Source of the DNA: an uncultured bacterium | GTDB taxonomy: Bacteria; Fidelibacterota; UBA2242; JAFGTP01 | Assembly (NCBI GenBank): GCA_964640055.1 | Contig: CAZXFH010000001.1 | Coordinates: 6,744-70,743, forward strand | Direction of reading: 5' to 3' | DNA: 64,000 bases | Shown here: in pieces, positions 59,670 through 64,000 of the stretch | How positions within the stretch are numbered: position 1 is the first letter of the stretch | Layout: each line of letters begins with the position of its first letter | Made by a program: the position numbers and the translations under genes | The notes under the pieces: generated by a model | What the model was told of the DNA's origin: nothing | The model's input: the letters and a program-made list of their open reading frames with translations, nothing else | Databases searched by the model: none

Positions 59670-61028
59670 TTACACAACCCCCTGATCCAACATAGCATCG
59701 GCTACTTTAATAAACCCGCCAATATTAGCACCTTTCACATAATTGACAAAGTTACCCTTTTGTCCATATTTCTTACATGTGGCATGGATACTCTCCATGA
59801 TGGCGTGTAACTTTTCATCAACTTCTTCGCGACTCCAGTGAAGTTTCATCGCATTTTGACTCATTTCAAGGCCAGAAACAGCCACACCACCAGCATTAGC
59901 AGCTTTACCCGGTCCGAAAAGAATTTTATTTCTTAAGAAATGCTCAACAGCCTCAGGTGTACATGGCATGTTTGCACCTTCAGAAACACAAATTACACGA
60001 TTGTTTACAAGCCTTTTTGCATCGTCAAGATTCAATTCATTTTGGATAGCGCATGGCAGTGCAATATCAACTTTCTGTTCCCATGATTTTTTACCAGTAT
60101 AGAATGTGGCGTTGGGAAATTTATCAGCATAAGGGGCAACCACATCATTATTTGACGCACGGAGTTCGAGCATGTAGTTGAATTTCTCTTCTGTGCTGAT
60201 TCCATCCGGATCATAGATATAACCGTCAGGGCCTGAAATTGTCACTACCTTAGCACCTAGTTCAGTCGCTTTTTGTACAGCCCCCCAAGCAACATTTCCA
60301 AAACCGGAAATGGCTACTGTTTTGCCTTGAAAAGATTTCCCTTTAGTTTTCAGCATTTCATTAGCAAAGTATACATTACCAAAACCGGTTGCTTCTGGAC
60401 GAATTAAACTGCCGCCCCAGTTCAGTCCCTTACCAGTTAAAGTGCCGGTAAATTCATTTTTAATACGTTTATACTGTCCGAAAAAATAACCTATCTCGCG
60501 TCCGCCAACGCCAATATCACCCGCCGGTATATCGGTATTGGGTCCTATATAACGGCCAAGTTCGGTCATAAAAGATTGACAAAAACGCATGACTTCATTA
60601 TCGGATTTTCCTTTGGGATCAAAATCTGATCCGCCTTTCCCCCCACCCATAGGTAGCGTAGTTAAACTATTTTTAAACACCTGTTCGAACCCTAAAAATT
60701 TCAGAATCCCCAAATTTACCGAAGGATGAAAGCGTATACCACCTTTATAAGGCCCGATCGCTGAATTGAATTCAACCCGAAATCCACGGTTAACCTGGAC
60801 ATGCCCTTCATCATTCAACCAGGGTACACGAAAAATGATCACCCGTTCTGGTTCTACAATACGCTCTAATATGTTGTGATTCAGATAAACAGGGTTCTCT
60901 TCTAAGAAATCCCAGAGCGTTTCCACAACTTCCTGTACCGCCTGATGAAATTCTTTTTGAGCGGGATTTTTAGCCCTGACCATCTCCATAAATTCATCTA
61001 CCGATGAATAGGTTCTCCTTGCCGCCAT
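59670..61028 (-). CDS. gdhA: glutamate dehydrogenase (Glu/Leu/Phe/Val dehydrogenase family, likely NADP-specific)
   Basis: KGGIRFHP, GGGKGGSDFDPKG and GFGNVAWGA motifs. 452 aa. Confidence 0.9.
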   Translation of the reverse strand: MAARRTYSSVDEFMEMVRAKNPAQKEFHQAVQEVVETLWDFLEENPVYLNHNILERIVEPERVIIFRVPWLNDEGHVQVNRGFRVEFNSAIGPYKGGIRFHPSVNLGILKFLGFEQVFKNSLTTLPMGGGKGGSDFDPKGKSDNEVMRFCQSFMTELGRYIGPNTDIPAGDIGVGGREIGYFFGQYKRIKNEFTGTLTGKGLNWGGSLIRPEATGFGNVYFANEMLKTKGKSFQGKTVAISGFGNVAWGAVQKATELGAKVVTISGPDGYIYDPDGISTEEKFNYMLELRASNNDVVAPYADKFPNATFYTGKKSWEQKVDIALPCAIQNELNLDDAKRLVNNRVICVSEGANMPCTPEAVEHFLRNKILFGPGKAANAGGVAVSGLEMSQNAMKLHWSREEVDEKLHAIMESIHATCKKYGQKGNFVNYVKGANIGGFIKVADAMLDQGVV

Positions 61029-61816
61029 ACAATGCCTCCTTCTTGATTTACTGACTTAATCCTGATTAATCCATTAATGTAAATTAATTTTTTCATATGC
61101 GAAATGAGAATATAAATATTTTCTTCAGAGCAAACTCCTATATTATTCAATAACTTGTCCCCGATTTTGTTTTTGTAAATAACCGCACGCCAGTACACTG
61201 TTATTGAAAAGCCCAACACCTGACCTCGGTTACAAACTTGTTTAATTGTATGTGAAAAACTTGGCTGCAATAATACCTATATTCCTTTGATCCCATATAT
61301 CAGTATAAACAAATGACAAAAATAATGCCAGCGGATTCAAACAGATCACTTAAAATATTCTCCGAAAGTAATCCCCGTACCCTGCTTATATTTTCCCTTA
61401 GTCATACAGGATAAAAACAAAATATTCCCAAATATCAGAAAAAAATTATTAAAACCGGACAATTTTTCCAAAAATAATAAGCAAGCCCAACCACCTGCTT
61501 TATTCACACCTATTTTCAGCAAAACAGAATCGATCAATACAATTTCGTTAACACTTTCTCAAAATAAAATCCAATGCAGTAATTAAAGAGATTATAAAAA
61601 CCGGATAGAAAGGCCCATGAAATCGGTTAAAGGCTGTTCTTGGCCCAATCCTTAAATAAATTATGTTTACAAATTAATATTTTTAATTATAAAAATAATG
61701 GTCTAATTTTTGTATTTGAAAAAGCGATTTGAAAAATGATATTCGCCTGACAGAGTGAACATACTTTTTCAGTATTATTAATTTAATTCAATTATTCTTG
61801 TGTCTAAGGGGGTATA

Positions 61817-62281
61817 ATGCCTGAGGATTTTACCAACATTACCACATTAGAAAAGGACCAGAGTAATCTCATCAAAGCCTTACAGTTGGTGCAGGAAGGG
61901 GAAGGCTATATTTCCGATCAACGGTTGAGAGATATTTCTGATTATTTTGATATTCCAGCGGTTGATGTGGAAGGGGTAGTTAGTTTTTACGCCCAATTTA
62001 AACGCACTAAACCCGGCAAGTTCATTATATCTGTTTGTGACGGAACGGCTTGTCACATAAAAGGCTCCTCTCAGGTCAAAAACTGGATTACCGATACGAT
62101 CGGCATTCAGGATGGCGAAACCGACACCGATAAATTGTTCACCCTGGAAACAGTGGCTTGTCTGGGATGCTGCAGCCTGGCGCCTGTGATTGCCATCAAC
62201 GGGAGAGTATTTGGGAAGCTGGATCGTAAAAAGCTACTCAAAATCCTGCGCAATTACAGAAAGGGGGCCCAGGATGATTAA
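61817..62281 (+). CDS. nuoE: NuoE/HoxE/HndA-like thioredoxin-fold [2Fe-2S] subunit
   Basis: CDGTACHIKGS...CLGCCSLAPV. AGGGGG Shine-Dalgarno. Confidence 0.8.
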   Translation: MPEDFTNITTLEKDQSNLIKALQLVQEGEGYISDQRLRDISDYFDIPAVDVEGVVSFYAQFKRTKPGKFIISVCDGTACHIKGSSQVKNWITDTIGIQDGETDTDKLFTLETVACLGCCSLAPVIAINGRVFGKLDRKKLLKILRNYRKGAQDD

Positions 62282-63986
62282 GCGCATTAAAGTCGGAACG
62301 GGGAGTTGCGGAGTCGCGGCCGGTGCTGATGATGTCTATCAATATTTTAAAAGCAACCTGAAGGACATAGACGTAATTGAGGTGGGATGCATTGGCCATT
62401 GTTATGCCGAGCCTGTTGTCGAAGTGGAAACCGATGGAGGATCCATTTTTTACCGGGAGGTGGAGCCCACGGATGAGTATGTTGATCGCATCCTCAATTT
62501 AGAGGATGAATCGCAATTAATTTTTCAGTCAATACGTACCGATAAAGAGGAAATAAAGGTTACAAAATTATCTGGCCGTATTGATCCGGTTTCCCTCGAG
62601 GAATACCAAAAATACGGGGGGTACTCCAGTTTGCAGGAGGCACTGAAAATGTCCCCAGACGATGTAGTTGCAGAAGTTAAAACCGCCGGATTGCGCGGAC
62701 GTGGCGGCGGCGGATTTCCAACCGGTTTGAAATGGAGTTTCTTAGCAGGACAGAAAACTAAACGGAAATATTTGATATGTAATGCCGATGAAGGGGATCC
62801 CGGGGCTTTTATGGACCGTTCACTCATGGAATCCGTACCCCATCAAGTATTGGAGGGTATGTTAATCGCCGCTCATGCCACCGGTGCCACCGATATATTC
62901 ATATATGTACGCGCCGAGTATCCCTTGGCCGTGCGTAATTTAAAAAAGGTCATTCAGCAAATTGAAGCCAATAATCTTAACCAGTTCAATGGCAATCGGA
63001 TTGAAATTAAAATAAAGGAAGGGGCTGGTGCCTTTGTTTGCGGTGAAGAGACAGCCATGATACACTCTTTGGAAGGTAGTCGGGGCACTCCGCGTTACCG
63101 TCCCCCATTTCCCACAGATAAGGGCTTTAAGGATTTCCCAACCTTAATCAATAATGTGGAAACTTATGCCAATGTCCCTATGATCCTGAAAGAGGGAGGT
63201 GACAGCTATGCGGAACTGGGTACTGAAAATAGCAAAGGGACCAAGCTGTTTGCTCTAGCCGGTGATTGTAAGTATACAGGATTAGTGGAAGTTCCTATGG
63301 GCATCACCATTGGTGAGATTGTCTATGACATTGGTGGCACACAAGAAGGAGAGGTTAAGGCCGTTCAGATCGGCGGACCCAGCGGAGGCTGTATCCCGGC
63401 AGAACATTTTGACACACCCATTGACTATGACTCGCTGACTTCTCTGGGGGCGATCATGGGGTCCGGCGGGCTTATCGTAATCGGTAACAATCGTTGTATG
63501 GTCGAAACTGCCCGCTACTTTTTGGATTTTACGGCCCGGGAAAGCTGCGGAAAATGTACTTTCTGTCGCATCGGCACCAAACGTATGTTAGAAATACTCG
63601 AGCGCATTACCCGAGGAGAGGGTAAAGAAGAAGATATTGCCTGGCTGGAAGATCTGGGCAACAAAATTATCAAAGGCTCATTATGCGGACTGGGGCAGAC
63701 AGCGCCTAATCCGGTACTCTCTACGCTCAGATATTTCAATGAAAAGTATCTAAAACATGTTAAGGACAAACAGTGTCCGGCACTGCAATGTAATGCATTG
63801 GTTGAAATTGAAATTGATCAGAAAAAATGCATTGAATGTAAGTTGTGCATTAAAAATTGTCCAGTTGATGCAATCTCCGAAGATTTTGTTATTGATAATG
63901 ATTTATGTACACGGTGTAATAGCTGTATTGAAGTCTGTCCGAAAGAGGCTGTCGTGCGGACTTTAAGGGGAGGCAATCGTGAGTAA
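62275..63986 (+). CDS. nuoF: NuoF/HydB/HndC-like NAD(H)-binding flavoprotein subunit with an N-terminal Trx-like 2Fe-2S domain and C-terminal 2x[4Fe-4S]
   Basis: Start at ATGATTAAG overlapping the nuoE stop. GLRGRGGGGFPTGLKW (NADH/FMN), ESCGKCTFCRIG, CIECKLCIKNCP and CTRCNSCIEVCP. Confidence 0.8.
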
Positions 63987-64000
63987 AATCAAACTTAAAA
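63979..64000 (+). CDS. start of a NuoG/HydA-like gene; 3' end lies outside the window
   Basis: GTG start after an AAGGGGAGG Shine-Dalgarno. MSKIKLK... is a typical N-terminus of the 2Fe-2S NuoG / [FeFe]-hydrogenase / formate dehydrogenase alpha subunits. Only 7 codons are visible. Confidence 0.35.

Noticed and set aside
60998-61537. Two minus-strand ORFs (90 and 63 aa) in the long gdhA-nuoE intergenic region.
   Set aside because: No Shine-Dalgarno and AT-rich codon-poor composition. They overlap the probable gdhA promoter. They are more likely non-coding.
61600-61640. Sigma-54-like TGGCCC-N5-TTAAA element.
   Set aside because: The -12 GC is absent, so it is not a credible sigma-54 promoter.
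1-64000. CRISPR arrays, tRNA/rRNA genes, IS elements, integrases and phage genes.
   Set aside because: Scanned all intergenic stretches over 60 bp (10058-10185, 11914-12206, 28480-28611, 44171-44425, 55908-56173, 61029-61816). I found no regular direct repeats, no GTTCGAATC-type T-arm motifs, and no transposase or integrase-like ORFs.

Overview
This 64 kb window is densely coded (about 90%) bacterial chromosomal DNA at roughly 42% GC. Almost every gene has a strong Shine-Dalgarno sequence (AGGAGG or AGGGGG). Type-IX-secretion C-terminal-domain cargo, abundant TPR lipoproteins and outer-membrane barrels suggest an anaerobic member of the FCB superphylum that is not a Bacteroidetes, for example a Cloacimonetes- or Fibrobacteres-like lineage. 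I found no rRNA, tRNA, CRISPR array, transposase or integrase.

Layout:
- 1-8.3 kb (+): a tightly packed operon that joins a group-3 Mvh-type [NiFe] hydrogenase (MvhD, small subunit, large subunit, C-terminal maturation protease) to a GlcD-family FAD 2-hydroxyacid dehydrogenase, a 4x[4Fe-4S] polyferredoxin, two tandem malate/lactate-dehydrogenase paralogs and a LarA-family nickel-pincer 2-hydroxyacid racemase. This looks like a previously undescribed hydroxyacid:H2 oxidoreductase module and is the main candidate system.
- 8.3-16.8 kb (+): NAD-malic enzyme, ATP-PEPCK, a eukaryote-type citrate synthase, aconitase and NADP-IDH. The IDH carries an unusual CxxC...CxxC zinc-ribbon insertion.
- 16.8-18.5 kb (+): a TPR protein, an Isf-like flavoprotein and a TIGR04076-like small Cys protein.
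- 18.5-55.9 kb: an uninterrupted minus-strand run. It holds nadD, a BamD-like protein and a cell-surface locus (zinc peptidase with beta-propeller, a 1046-aa T9SS-CTD protein, a PorV-like barrel). It continues with a Trm112-like mini-ORF, nrdR, glyA, rpiB, a TPR protein, a YbgF-like protein and rodA-mrdA-mreDCB-purHN. It ends with a deoxynucleoside kinase, MtaB-like and RimO methylthiotransferases, a PgsA::FtsY fusion, two EcfA-like ATPases, kdtA, a GT9 heptosyltransferase, a polyprenyl synthase and tatC.
- 56-64 kb: a small membrane protein with a textbook terminator, a 990-aa receiver-like plus PPDK_N (PEP/pyruvate-binding) protein, gdhA, a 788-bp non-coding gap, then NuoE-like, NuoF/HydB-like and the start of a NuoG/HydA-like gene (a likely NADH-linked bifurcating hydrogenase or formate dehydrogenase module).

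No database searches were possible. All calls rest on motifs I recognised by eye.
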